Notes: generated by a model not told the origin, from the letters alone. DNA of 20,997 nucleotides from Verrucomicrobiota bacterium (GCA_038209745.1 JBBQXJ010000081.1:1-20997), one strand, 5' to 3'. Shown: positions 1 to 8,106, counted from the stretch's first letter. Numbers and translations: made by a program.

Positions 1-165
1 GGTCAGCGTGCCGGGGCCGATGTCATACTCGGTCCACTGCATCCCGCCGGCTTCGCCGTGGACCATGCCGACCTTCAAACCCAGGACGCCTTCGTAGAAT
101 TCCCGCGCCCGCGCCATGTCGGTCACGGGGTAGCAGGAGAACGCGATTTCGGAGAATTTGATCAT
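1..165 (-). CDS. VOC (glyoxalase/bleomycin resistance) family protein, 5' part; runs off the window edge
   Basis: Manual translation from ATG at 165: MIKFSEIAFSCYPVTDMARAREFYEGVLGLKVGMVHGEAGGMQWTEYDIGPGTLT. It has the typical VOC N-terminal 'V.D...A..FY..VLGL' motif. Not in the ORF track because it is truncated. Confidence 0.85.
   Translation of the reverse strand, partial: MIKFSEIAFSCYPVTDMARAREFYEGVLGLKVGMVHGEAGGMQWTEYDIGPGTLT
103..165. repeat. 63-bp direct repeat, copy A (first 21 codons of the intact VOC gene)
   Basis: ccgcgcccgcgccatgtcggtcacggggtagcaggagaacgcgatttcggagaatttgatcat matches 719-781 at 61/63 positions. Confidence 0.95.
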
Positions 166-175
166 GCTCTTGGTC

Positions 176-514
176 CTAGCTTTCGATCCAAACTTTCTTG
201 CTGGTTATCTTTGCAGCCTTGCTGGGTCGAGGTTCGTGTGTCGGATCAAGCTCACCTCGCTTATCCTCCGCACGGCCAACACAGAGGCTGGCAGAATTCT
301 TCCCAAGGTGAATTCCAGGAACCAAGTGGACATGTTCCCTGGCAAACATCTCCGGCAGTTCTTTGATCTTTGCCTGATCAACCTCAGCCAACGCCACACA
401 AAGAGCGGCGAGTGACCTTAGTCCCGCTGGATCGCCATCCAGATAGACCTCCGGTCTTCCTTCATTGGAGGAAAACTGAACGAATATCTGACCTTTGATC
501 GGAGGATATTTCAT
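176..514 (-). CDS. Imm32-like putative immunity protein (112 aa)
   Basis: MKYPPIKGQIFV...VYLDGDPAGLRSLAALCVALAEVDQ...AREHVHLVPGIHLGKNSASLCVGR resembles the G(D/N)PxGLRSLA...AREHxHLxP...S..xxVGR pattern I associate with Imm32 proteins. Its ATG (514-512) overlaps the stop of the upstream ORF (TGATG). Confidence 0.6.
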   Translation of the reverse strand: MKYPPIKGQIFVQFSSNEGRPEVYLDGDPAGLRSLAALCVALAEVDQAKIKELPEMFAREHVHLVPGIHLGKNSASLCVGRAEDKRGELDPTHEPRPSKAAKITSKKVWIES

Positions 515-711
515 CAGGCCGCCATTTTTTGACGACGACGGTTTATGGTGAGAGGCGCATCTCCCTGATACGCCTTGTAAGGGCGGTTGGACGCGGCGGC
601 GCGATACACATCGGCCTGCTTCTCCAGATCGAACCGGCACTCGGCCGCCACCTTGCGGCGAAGCTGCCGGAGCCATTGCAGGCCATCGTCAAATTTGGTT
701 TTCGTTTTCAT
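514..711 (-). CDS. small basic helical hypothetical protein (65 aa), antitoxin-like
   Basis: ORF MKTKTKFDDGLQWLRQLRRKVAAECRFDLEK..., translationally coupled to the downstream gene. Resembles small proteins often found beside PIN-domain genes (weak, inferred). Confidence 0.55.
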   Translation of the reverse strand: MKTKTKFDDGLQWLRQLRRKVAAECRFDLEKQADVYRAAASNRPYKAYQGDAPLTINRRRQKMAA

Positions 712-781
712 GGGACGTCCGCGCCCGCGCCATGTCGGTCACGGGGTCGCAGGAGAAGGCGATTTCGGAGAATTTGATCAT
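689..781 (-). pseudogene. truncated duplicate of the VOC gene 5' end (30-codon stub)
   Basis: Reads MIKFSEIAFSCDPVTDMARAR then diverges (TSHENENQI*). The first 21 codons equal the VOC start except Y12D and one silent change. Confidence 0.85.
719..781. repeat. 63-bp direct repeat, copy B
   Basis: 61/63 identical to 103-165. Confidence 0.95.
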
Positions 782-788
782 ATGGCGG

Positions 789-1262
789 TCAGAGATTTTG
801 CCCTGTCAGACGTTTCTCAACCGCCCGCGCTTCCAGTTCCAATGGGCTGCTGTCGTAGCCAACAGTCAGACATTCGGAAATATACTGTTTGAGGAATGGC
901 TCAATCCCACCGAATCGCTCGTATTGCTGGGTGTGGGCCATCTCGTGGATGACCAGCCTGAGTTCCCTCCAATAATCGGCTCTTACAAAAATCGCATAGC
1001 GGAATGTGACTCCAGCGATGTTCGGTCCAAGCAGCCCGGTTTCACTCGCAGCCCAAGCCAACGTCGAATCGCTGGGCTTAGGCATGGAGTCGACTTTCAT
1101 CAGCCGAACCTTTTCCGGGGAACCGATTCCGATCTTCCGCGCAAACGTGAGCTCTTCCTCATTCAATGCCTCTCCGCTCTGAAGAACCCCTGCTTCCATT
1201 TGCGCCACCCAATCGGCGGCGCGCGGAAGCAGGGCTTCAAGTTGTTGAGGCGAGATCGGCAT
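789..1262 (-). CDS. small HEXXH zincin-like metallopeptidase (DUF4157-like), 157 aa
   Basis: C-terminal part of track ORF 789..3134, from ATG at 1262: MPISPQQLEALLPRA...AGVTFRYAIFV...LVIHEMAHTQQYERFGGI...Y..SPLELEAR. HExxH with a downstream 'PLExEA' third-ligand motif. Starts 14 bp after the sucC stop. Confidence 0.75.
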   Translation of the reverse strand: MPISPQQLEALLPRAADWVAQMEAGVLQSGEALNEEELTFARKIGIGSPEKVRLMKVDSMPKPSDSTLAWAASETGLLGPNIAGVTFRYAIFVRADYWRELRLVIHEMAHTQQYERFGGIEPFLKQYISECLTVGYDSSPLELEARAVEKRLTGQNL

Positions 1263-1276
1263 GGCTCCGAGATGAC

Positions 1277-2458
1277 TCACGCCACCAATTTCACGATCTT
1301 CTGGGCGGCGTCGGCCATGGTGCTGCCGGAGACGAGGGACAGGCCGGAGGCGTCGAGCGTGGCTTTGCCGGTGGCGACGTTGTTGCCTTCGAGCCGGACG
1401 ACGAGCGGGAGCTTGAGGCCGACTTCCTTCACTGCTTCGACGATGCCGGTGGCGATCACGTTGCAGTCCATGATGCCGCCGAAGATGTTCACGAAGATGC
1501 CCTTCACGTTCGGATCGCCGAGGATGATCTTGAAGGCCGCGATGACCTGGTCTTTGGAGGCCCCGCCGCCGACATCGAGGAAGTTGGCCGGGTTGCCGCC
1601 GTAGTGCTTGATGATGTCCATCGTGCTCATGGCGAGGCCGGCGCCGTTGACGAGGCAGGCGATGTTGCCGTCGAGCGCGATGTAGCTGAGACCGAACTTG
1701 GAGGCTTCGATCTCCTTCGAATCTTCTTCGTTCAGGTCGCGCAGGGCGACGATCTCGGGATGGCGGTAGAGGGCGCTGTCGTCGAAGGAGACCTTGGCGT
1801 CGAGGGCCATCACCTGGTCGTCGGGCGTGGTGATGAGGGGGTTGACCTCGATCATGGCGGCGTCCGTCTCCCAATACATGGTGAAGAGGTGGCGGATGAG
1901 CTTGGCGGCGTTCTTGGCTTCGGTCGGGTTGAGCCCGAGCTTGGAGACGAGTTCGCGGACCTGGAAGTCGGCCAGGCCGTAGGCGGGATCGACACGGACC
2001 TTGTGGATCTTTTCCGGGGTCTCGTGCGCGACCTTCTCGATCTCCACGCCGCCTTCGGTCGAGGCCACGATGACGGGCATGGACGTGGCGCGGTCGAGGA
2101 GGATGGCGAGGTAGTATTCTTTTTTGATGTCGCTCGCGACGGTGAAGCAGACGGTCTGGACCTTGCGGCCGGCGGGTCCGGTCTGGGCGGTGACGAGGGT
2201 GTTGCCGAGCATCTTGCCGGCGATCTCCTTGGCCTCGGCCTTGGTCTTGCAGAACTTGACGCCGCCCTTGAAGCCGTCGGTGAAGGTGCCCTTGCCGCGT
2301 CCGCCGGCATGGATCTGGGACTTCACCATGGTGGGCCCCTCGGGGAGCTGGGCCAACGCGGTGTCGAACTCGGCGACGGTCCGGGCGTCGACGCCCTTGG
2401 GGACGGGGACGCCGTATTTTTCGAAGAGGGCCTTGGCCTGGTACTCGTGGATGTTCAT
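1277..2458 (-). CDS. sucC: succinyl-CoA synthetase beta subunit
   Basis: MNIHEYQAK start, KSQIHAGGRGKG, EVNPL, GNIACLVNGAGLAMSTMD, NPANFLDVGGGA, NIFGGIMDC motifs; 393 aa. Confidence 0.98.
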   Translation of the reverse strand: MNIHEYQAKALFEKYGVPVPKGVDARTVAEFDTALAQLPEGPTMVKSQIHAGGRGKGTFTDGFKGGVKFCKTKAEAKEIAGKMLGNTLVTAQTGPAGRKVQTVCFTVASDIKKEYYLAILLDRATSMPVIVASTEGGVEIEKVAHETPEKIHKVRVDPAYGLADFQVRELVSKLGLNPTEAKNAAKLIRHLFTMYWETDAAMIEVNPLITTPDDQVMALDAKVSFDDSALYRHPEIVALRDLNEEDSKEIEASKFGLSYIALDGNIACLVNGAGLAMSTMDIIKHYGGNPANFLDVGGGASKDQVIAAFKIILGDPNVKGIFVNIFGGIMDCNVIATGIVEAVKEVGLKLPLVVRLEGNNVATGKATLDASGLSLVSGSTMADAAQKIVKLVA

Positions 2459-2496
2459 CTGGGAATTGGAGGGTTCGTCGTGGGTCGTCCGTAACG

Positions 2497-2526
2497 GCGA
2501 AGGCGGACCGTTCGGCCCGCCTTCGC
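2497..2526. other. GC-rich stem-loop between citrate synthase and sucC
   Basis: gcgaaggcgg-accgttcggc-ccgccttcgc inverted repeat. No U-tract, so more likely an mRNA stability/processing hairpin than an intrinsic terminator. Confidence 0.5.
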
Positions 2527-2542
2527 TTCAGTAGATCGGGTT

Positions 2543-3682
2543 CTAGCGCTGTTCGATCGGCGTCACTTTGAGGCCGACAGGTCCGGTGTAGACCGACTGC
2601 GGGCGGATGAGGCGGTTGTCGGCGAGCTGTTCGAGGACGTGGGCCGTCCAACCGCTGGTGCGCGCGATGGCGAAGATCGGGGTGAACAGGTCGGTGGGGA
2701 TGCCGAGGCTGTAGTAGACGGTGGCGCTGTAGAAATCGACGTTCGCGTTCAGGCCCTTTTTCTCCAGCATGAGTTCGGCGTTGCGCTCGGACATCTGGAT
2801 CCATTTCGGCTCGCCCTGTTTGGAGCTGTGGATCTGGGGCATCTTTTTCTGGTGCGGCGCGCGGGGATCGAGCACTTTGTAGACGCGGTGGCCGATGCCC
2901 ATGATCTTGTGTTTCTGGGCGAGGGCGTTGTCGACGAACGCGTCCACGTTGGCCAAGGAACCGATCTCCTGGAGCATCTTGATCACGCCCTCGTTGGCGC
3001 CGCCGTGGAGCGGGCCCTTCAAGGTGCCGATGGCGGTGGTGATGGCGGAATACATGTCCGAGAGCGTGGCGATGGTGACGCGGGCGCTGAAGGTGGAGGC
3101 GTTCATGCCGTGGTCCGCATGGAGCACGTAGCACAGGTCGAGCGTGCTTTCCTTTTCGGCCGACGGGACCACGCCGTCGATCATGTAGAGGAAGTTTGCG
3201 GCTTCGCCGAGCTTGGGGTCGGGCGCGACCAGCGGCAGTCCTTGGCGATGGCGGTGGAAGTAGGCGGTGATGATCGGGATCTGGGCGACGAGGCGAAGGG
3301 CTTTGCGCCGCTGGGCGTGCTGGGAATCGTCCTCGGCCGTGGTGTCGAAGCAGCCCAGGGCGGAGATGCCGGTGCGGATGACGTGCATCGGCGCGGCGTC
3401 CTTCGGCATGCGCTGGATGATGTCGATGACGCCCTTCGGAAGTTCGCGGAAACCGGCCAGCGTCTTCTTCAGCTCGGCGAGTTCCTTCACGTTGGGGAGA
3501 TGGTTGTGGTGGAGCAGATGGACGACTTCCTCGTAGGTCACCTTGCCAGCGAGTTCGTTGATGTCGTAGCCGCAGTAGATGAGCTGGCCCACGTCGCCGC
3601 GCACGTCGCTCAGGCGGGTGTGGGCGGCGATGACGCCTTCAAGGCCCTTGGAAACGGAGGTGGCTGCGGTGCTGGTGCTCAT
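2543..3682 (-). CDS. gltA: citrate synthase (short type I / CitZ-PrpC-like)
   Basis: KGLEGV N-terminus, HADHGMNASTF, GPLHGGANE, GIGHRVYK, NVDFYS, FTPIFAIAR..GW motifs. Catalytic His/His/Asp are present. 2-methylcitrate specificity cannot be excluded. Confidence 0.93.
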   Translation of the reverse strand: MSTSTAATSVSKGLEGVIAAHTRLSDVRGDVGQLIYCGYDINELAGKVTYEEVVHLLHHNHLPNVKELAELKKTLAGFRELPKGVIDIIQRMPKDAAPMHVIRTGISALGCFDTTAEDDSQHAQRRKALRLVAQIPIITAYFHRHRQGLPLVAPDPKLGEAANFLYMIDGVVPSAEKESTLDLCYVLHADHGMNASTFSARVTIATLSDMYSAITTAIGTLKGPLHGGANEGVIKMLQEIGSLANVDAFVDNALAQKHKIMGIGHRVYKVLDPRAPHQKKMPQIHSSKQGEPKWIQMSERNAELMLEKKGLNANVDFYSATVYYSLGIPTDLFTPIFAIARTSGWTAHVLEQLADNRLIRPQSVYTGPVGLKVTPIEQR

Positions 3683-3721
3683 GCGAAAAGGCTGAAATTC
3701 GGGGTATCGGACGTTCCTTGG

Positions 3722-3750
3722 ACCTTAGAAACCCCCCTCCGACCGGTCAA
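3722..3750 (-). promoter_or_regulatory. putative sigma70 promoter for the citrate synthase-sucC operon
   Basis: Minus strand TTGACC-N17-TAAGGT, ~40 bp upstream of the citrate synthase ATG. Confidence 0.55.
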
Positions 3751-3861
3751 CGCGTTTTGCCTGCGGGACGCCTTTTCAGACCGGCTTCTCTTCCGAATCA
3801 ACAGTGCGGAGCCATTCTGCTTGAATGGTTGGGACTCGGACCGGTCAACTGCTGCGAGACG

Positions 3862-4839
3862 ATGTTGCGCGTGTTGATCCTGCTCTGCCTCCTGTTCGCG
3901 GTCCCGGTGTCACGGGCGGCGACCCTCGGTGCCCGGTTGGAGACGGTGCGGATCGCGGGCAGGCCCTACAACCGTCTCGGCGACTGGGCGGGGCCCAACG
4001 GCTTTTCCCTTTCTTGGCAGTCGAAAGACAAGGTCGTCGTTGCGAGCGGGAAGGGACATCGGCTCCGTTTCGAGATCGATTCCCGCAAGGCGGACATTGA
4101 CGGGGTGTCGGTAACTTTGGCCTTTCCGGTTGCTTTGAAGTCCGGTGAAGCCCACCTCGCCCCGTTGGATATCGAAAAGACGGTCCTTCCTTTGGTCTAC
4201 CCGTCCCGCGACGACGGCGCTTCACCGATCCGGACGATCTGCCTGGACCCCGGACATGGGGGCAAGGATCCCGGCAACACGGAGGGCAAGCGGATGGAAA
4301 AGGACTACGTTCTGCTCCTGGCGCATGAACTGTCCCGGCAACTGCGCGATGCCGGCTACCGGGTGTTCTCGACCCGGTCGCTGGACGCCTTCGTGGAACT
4401 GGACGATCGGCCCGCCTTCGCCAACAAGCACAAGGCCGACCTGTTCATTTCCCTTCATTTCAACTCGGCCGGGGCTTCCTCCGCGTCCGGGGTGGAGGTT
4501 TTCTGTCTGACGCCGGCGGGGGCAGCGTCGTCCTATTCCCAGCTGGACCGGGGGGGCGGTGGTTGGCTGCCGGGCAACCGGCAGGATTCCCAGAATATCT
4601 TGCTGGCCCACTCGGTTGAAAAGGCCGTGGTCAAAGCCACCGGAGCCGACGAAAGGGGGATTCTCAGGGCCAGGTTCGCGGTCCTCAAGACCGTGAAGAT
4701 GCCCGCCATCTTGGTGGAAGGTGGATTCATGACGAATCCCGACGAAGGAGCGCAGATCTATCGAAGCGACTACCGAAAGAAGATCGCCAGCGGGATCGTC
4801 GCAGGGGTGGACGCCTACAAAAAGAGGCTGGAACGCTAA
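3862..4839 (+). CDS. N-acetylmuramoyl-L-alanine amidase (Amidase_3) with signal peptide
   Basis: LDPGHGGKDPG, EK..L, FISLHFNS, PAILVEGGFMTN motifs. Start taken at ATG 3862 (MLRVLILLCLLFAVPVSRA, signal-peptide-like) rather than the track start at 3718. Confidence 0.92.
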   Translation: MLRVLILLCLLFAVPVSRAATLGARLETVRIAGRPYNRLGDWAGPNGFSLSWQSKDKVVVASGKGHRLRFEIDSRKADIDGVSVTLAFPVALKSGEAHLAPLDIEKTVLPLVYPSRDDGASPIRTICLDPGHGGKDPGNTEGKRMEKDYVLLLAHELSRQLRDAGYRVFSTRSLDAFVELDDRPAFANKHKADLFISLHFNSAGASSASGVEVFCLTPAGAASSYSQLDRGGGGWLPGNRQDSQNILLAHSVEKAVVKATGADERGILRARFAVLKTVKMPAILVEGGFMTNPDEGAQIYRSDYRKKIASGIVAGVDAYKKRLER

Positions 4840-4936
4840 CTCGGGAGCTTGACCGGGGTGACGAAGCTCGCGAGACCAAGTTTTCCCTCCTCAAGGCTTG
4901 TGGCTCGAAGCGGGATGGATTAAGCCACACTCAACC

Positions 4937-5935
4937 GTGAGTGATGCCGCCGTAGAGTCCCGGAAACCGCTTAGAATGAGCGAATGTGGGCGGTGCCGGG
5001 CGAAGAATTTTATTCCTGGGGATCTCAAGCCGTTTGCCACGATCCCGTGTTGCAAGTGCGGCCACCCGACCATGATCCCGGTCATGATGCGGCAGTTCGA
5101 GCTGCGCAGCATCATCGCCTCTGGCGGCATGGGCACCGTCTTTCGCGCCTACGACGTCAAGCTGGAGCGCAATGTCGCCCTGAAGATGCTGAAACGGGAG
5201 ATGGCCGAAGACGCGGAGGTGATGAGATCGTTCTACCGTGAAGCCAGGGCCGGCGCCGCGCTGAACCACACGAACATCATCCACATCTACACTTTCGACG
5301 AGTTCGAAGGGCAACCCTACCTTGTCATGGAACTGGCTGACCATGGCAGCCTGGACAGCTGGATCGAACGGGACGGCCGCGTGCCCGAACTGAACGTCTT
5401 GGACGTCGGCATCAAAATCGCCTCGGCCCTTTCCGCCGCCCTCAAACACGGCCTCCTCCATCGCGACATCAAGCCGGCGAACATCCTTTATAACGCCGAC
5501 GGCGAACCCAAGCTGGTCGATTTCGGGCTCGCGGAAAACGCCGACGAGCAGGCCGGAGCCAACGACACCGTCTGGGGCACCCCGGAGTATGTCGCACCCG
5601 AGAAGATCCAGCGTGAGCCCGAAACCTTCCTGTCGGACATGTATTCGCTGGCCGGCACCTGCTACCACGCGCTCACCGGCCGCACCCCGTTCGTCACCGA
5701 GAACATCGACGACATGGTTATGGCCCATGTGAATCAGGCTTTGGTTCCTCCTGTGCAGCTGGTGGAAGTCACCCCTCCAACCAACGACGCCATAGTCAAG
5801 GCGATGGCCAAGGAGCCCAAGGAACGCTTCCGGAGCTACGAGGAAATGATCCTCGCCCTCGAGGCCGCCCGGAGCCATCTGCTGGTCGCTCTCTACGCCG
5901 ACCAACCCGATGCCGGAGACGGCGCGGAGGTCTAA
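4937..5935 (+). CDS. Hanks-type Ser/Thr protein kinase with N-terminal CxxC...CxxC zinc ribbon
   Basis: SGGMGTV, VALK, HRDIKPANIL, DFGLA, GTPEYVAPE, SDMYSL motifs; CGRC...CCKC upstream; no transmembrane segment. Start uncertain (GTG 4937 or ATG 4976). Confidence 0.93.
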   Translation: MSDAAVESRKPLRMSECGRCRAKNFIPGDLKPFATIPCCKCGHPTMIPVMMRQFELRSIIASGGMGTVFRAYDVKLERNVALKMLKREMAEDAEVMRSFYREARAGAALNHTNIIHIYTFDEFEGQPYLVMELADHGSLDSWIERDGRVPELNVLDVGIKIASALSAALKHGLLHRDIKPANILYNADGEPKLVDFGLAENADEQAGANDTVWGTPEYVAPEKIQREPETFLSDMYSLAGTCYHALTGRTPFVTENIDDMVMAHVNQALVPPVQLVEVTPPTNDAIVKAMAKEPKERFRSYEEMILALEAARSHLLVALYADQPDAGDGAEV

Positions 5936-5961
5936 CCCTTCCGGCCCAGGCCGCGCCACGC

Positions 5962-7104
5962 ATGGCGTCACCCCCATCAAACCCGACCGCCGCCGACACT
6001 GCCTTCATGCGGCAGGCCCTCACGCTGGCGAACCGCGCCTATGGCGAGACTTCTCCCAACCCGCTTGTGGGCGCCGTGCTTGTCCGCCGGGGCGAGATCA
6101 TCGGTCGTGGCTGGCATCATCGGGCGGGCCAATCCCATGCGGAGGTCGAAGCGCTGCGCGACGCCTTCCAACGAGGCCATCCACCCAAGGGTGCGACGCT
6201 CTACGTCACCTTGGAGCCTTGTTCCACTCATGGACGCACTCCGCCCTGCACCGAGGCGATCATTGCGGCCGGCATCAGGCGGGTCGTCGTCGCGGCCACG
6301 GATCCGAATCCGGCACATGCAGGCCATGGCTTCGCTCTTCTGGCCCGGGCTGGCATCCGGGTCGACCACGGTATTCTGGGCGAGGCCTCGGCCGGGCTAA
6401 ACGAGGCCTTCAACCATTGGATCGTCCACCGTACGCCGTTCGTCACCGTGAAGGCCGCGATGACCCTCGACGGCAAGATCGCCACGGCCTCCGGCGACTC
6501 GCAATGGATCACCGGTGAACGTTCCCGCGCCCACGCGATGCATCTGCGGCAAGGGGCCGACGCGATCCTCGTCGGCGTCAACACGGTGCTGGCCGATGAT
6601 CCTTCGCTGACGATCCGGCTTCCGGCTTCAAGTCGCCGCCGGGGAGACTCGAAGCCGCTCCGCCGCGTCGTTCTGGACTCCTGCGCCCGCACTCCCCTGA
6701 CGGCCAAGGTCGTCACGGATGCCGCGGCGCATCTGACCACCATTGTGGTTTCAGACACTGCGCCGAAGCGCCGGGTGGCCGGGTTGGCAAAAGGGGTCTC
6801 CGTCGTCACCGCCCCGGTCTGTGAGGGTCGCATTGATCTGCGCTGGTTGTTGGAGCGACTGGGTCGTGAGTCCGTGACCAGCTTGCTGGTGGAAGGGGGT
6901 GGCGAGGTGAACGCGTCGTTCCTGGAACAGCGTCTCGCCCAGCGAGTGGCGTTTTTCTACGCACCGAAGATCCTAAGCGGTGCGGCGGCGAAGAAAGGGG
7001 TGGCCGGCGCGGGAGCTGCATCCAGGGCGGAGATTCTGGAGCTGCGCGAGGTAGCCTGGCGGCGCTTTGGGCCGGATCTCTTCATGACGGCTCGCTGCGA
7101 TTGA
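5962..7104 (+). CDS. ribD: bifunctional diaminohydroxyphosphoribosylaminopyrimidine deaminase/reductase
   Basis: PNPLVGAV, HAE, TLEPCSTHGRTPPC, TLDGKIAT, WITG, LVEGGG motifs. Confidence 0.97.
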   Translation: MASPPSNPTAADTAFMRQALTLANRAYGETSPNPLVGAVLVRRGEIIGRGWHHRAGQSHAEVEALRDAFQRGHPPKGATLYVTLEPCSTHGRTPPCTEAIIAAGIRRVVVAATDPNPAHAGHGFALLARAGIRVDHGILGEASAGLNEAFNHWIVHRTPFVTVKAAMTLDGKIATASGDSQWITGERSRAHAMHLRQGADAILVGVNTVLADDPSLTIRLPASSRRRGDSKPLRRVVLDSCARTPLTAKVVTDAAAHLTTIVVSDTAPKRRVAGLAKGVSVVTAPVCEGRIDLRWLLERLGRESVTSLLVEGGGEVNASFLEQRLAQRVAFFYAPKILSGAAAKKGVAGAGAASRAEILELREVAWRRFGPDLFMTARCD

Positions 7105-7159
7105 GCGCTGCGGGCGGCTCCGCGCTTGCCACTGAGGCCTCCTGTCGGAAACTTCCCCC

Positions 7160-7768
7160 GTGTTTACTGGCATCGTCGAAGAAACCGGCACGGTCGTCTC
7201 CATCAAGCCTGCGGCCGATGCCATCCGGTTGACCGTGAAGATGCGGCTGTGCGGTCGGGGACTGAAGAAGGGAGACAGCGTGGCGGTGAACGGTTGTTGT
7301 CTCACCGCCGTTTCGATTTCCAGGAAACGGCCGGACACGCTCGTGCGTTTTGATCTGCTGAAGGAGACGTGGATCCGCACCAATCTCCAATTTGCCAAGC
7401 CTGGTGCGGCCGTGAATCTGGAGCGGGCCATGGCGGCGGGCGGGCGGTTCGGCGGGCACTTCGTCAGCGGCCACATCGATGGCATGGGCCGCATTGCCAA
7501 GTGGGAACGCCAAGGGGAGGACCACCTCCTCGACATCACCGCGCCCAAGGAGATCCTGCGCTACGTGGTGCTCAAGGGATCGATCTCCGTGGACGGGATC
7601 AGCCTGACGGTGTCCGGCGTCACCAAGAAGGGCTTCAAGCTCTGGATCATACCACACACCCACGCCGTCACGGCGTTGCACGAACGCACGGTCGGAGACG
7701 ACGTGAACCTGGAGGCGGACCTCCTCGGAAAGTATGTGGAGCAGTTTTGCGCCGGCCGGAAGCGCTGA
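7160..7768 (+). CDS. ribE: riboflavin synthase (alpha chain)
   Basis: MFTGIVEE N-terminus (GTG start), SVAVNGCCLT, VNLERA, GGHFVSGHID, GSISVDGISLT. Confidence 0.97.
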   Translation: MFTGIVEETGTVVSIKPAADAIRLTVKMRLCGRGLKKGDSVAVNGCCLTAVSISRKRPDTLVRFDLLKETWIRTNLQFAKPGAAVNLERAMAAGGRFGGHFVSGHIDGMGRIAKWERQGEDHLLDITAPKEILRYVVLKGSISVDGISLTVSGVTKKGFKLWIIPHTHAVTALHERTVGDDVNLEADLLGKYVEQFCAGRKR

Positions 7769-7776
7769 TCGAGCGG

Positions 7777-7986
7777 TCAGCGGACGTTGATTTCGCGGAC
7801 GCGGGTTTCGGGCAGATAGTATTCCGTTCCGCGAACGTCCTTGAAGACATACATGCGGGTGCCCGGAACGAAATTGGGCTTGGTGACGTTGGTGAAGTCG
7901 CCTCCGCCCGTGGTCAAGATGTCATAGCGAGAGGCGCAACCGGCCAGGAGACAAGCGGCACAAAGAAGAACAATACGGCGTTTCAT
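7777..7986 (-). CDS. small lipoprotein, YgdI/YgdR (DUF903)-like, 69 aa
   Basis: MKRRIVLLCAACLLAGC lipobox followed by Y.I.T..G....TKP......Y.FKD..G....P...V.EI pattern. Confidence 0.7.
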   Translation of the reverse strand: MKRRIVLLCAACLLAGCASRYDILTTGGGDFTNVTKPNFVPGTRMYVFKDVRGTEYYLPETRVREINVR

Positions 7987-8106
7987 GGGATTCTCCGATC
8001 CTGAACCCGTCGGGCAAATCGCGAGAACACTTCCTTGGGAAGATTCGCCCCACCGAGCTTTGCGGATCGATCGGTTGATCGCAGTTTTGGCCACCCAAAG
8101 CAAGGA

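Noticed and set aside
789..3134. 781-aa minus-strand ORF spanning citrate synthase and sucC
   Set aside because: Alternate-frame read-through of high-GC genes (Arg/Pro-rich nonsense). Only the last 157 codons are a credible gene.
3718..3861. N-terminal extension of the amidase in the ORF track
   Set aside because: Overlaps the divergent promoter region. The signal peptide begins at ATG 3862.
1166..3877. Long plus-strand ORFs 1166..2494 and 2639..3877
   Set aside because: Antisense shadows of sucC and citrate synthase, typical of high-GC3 coding DNA.
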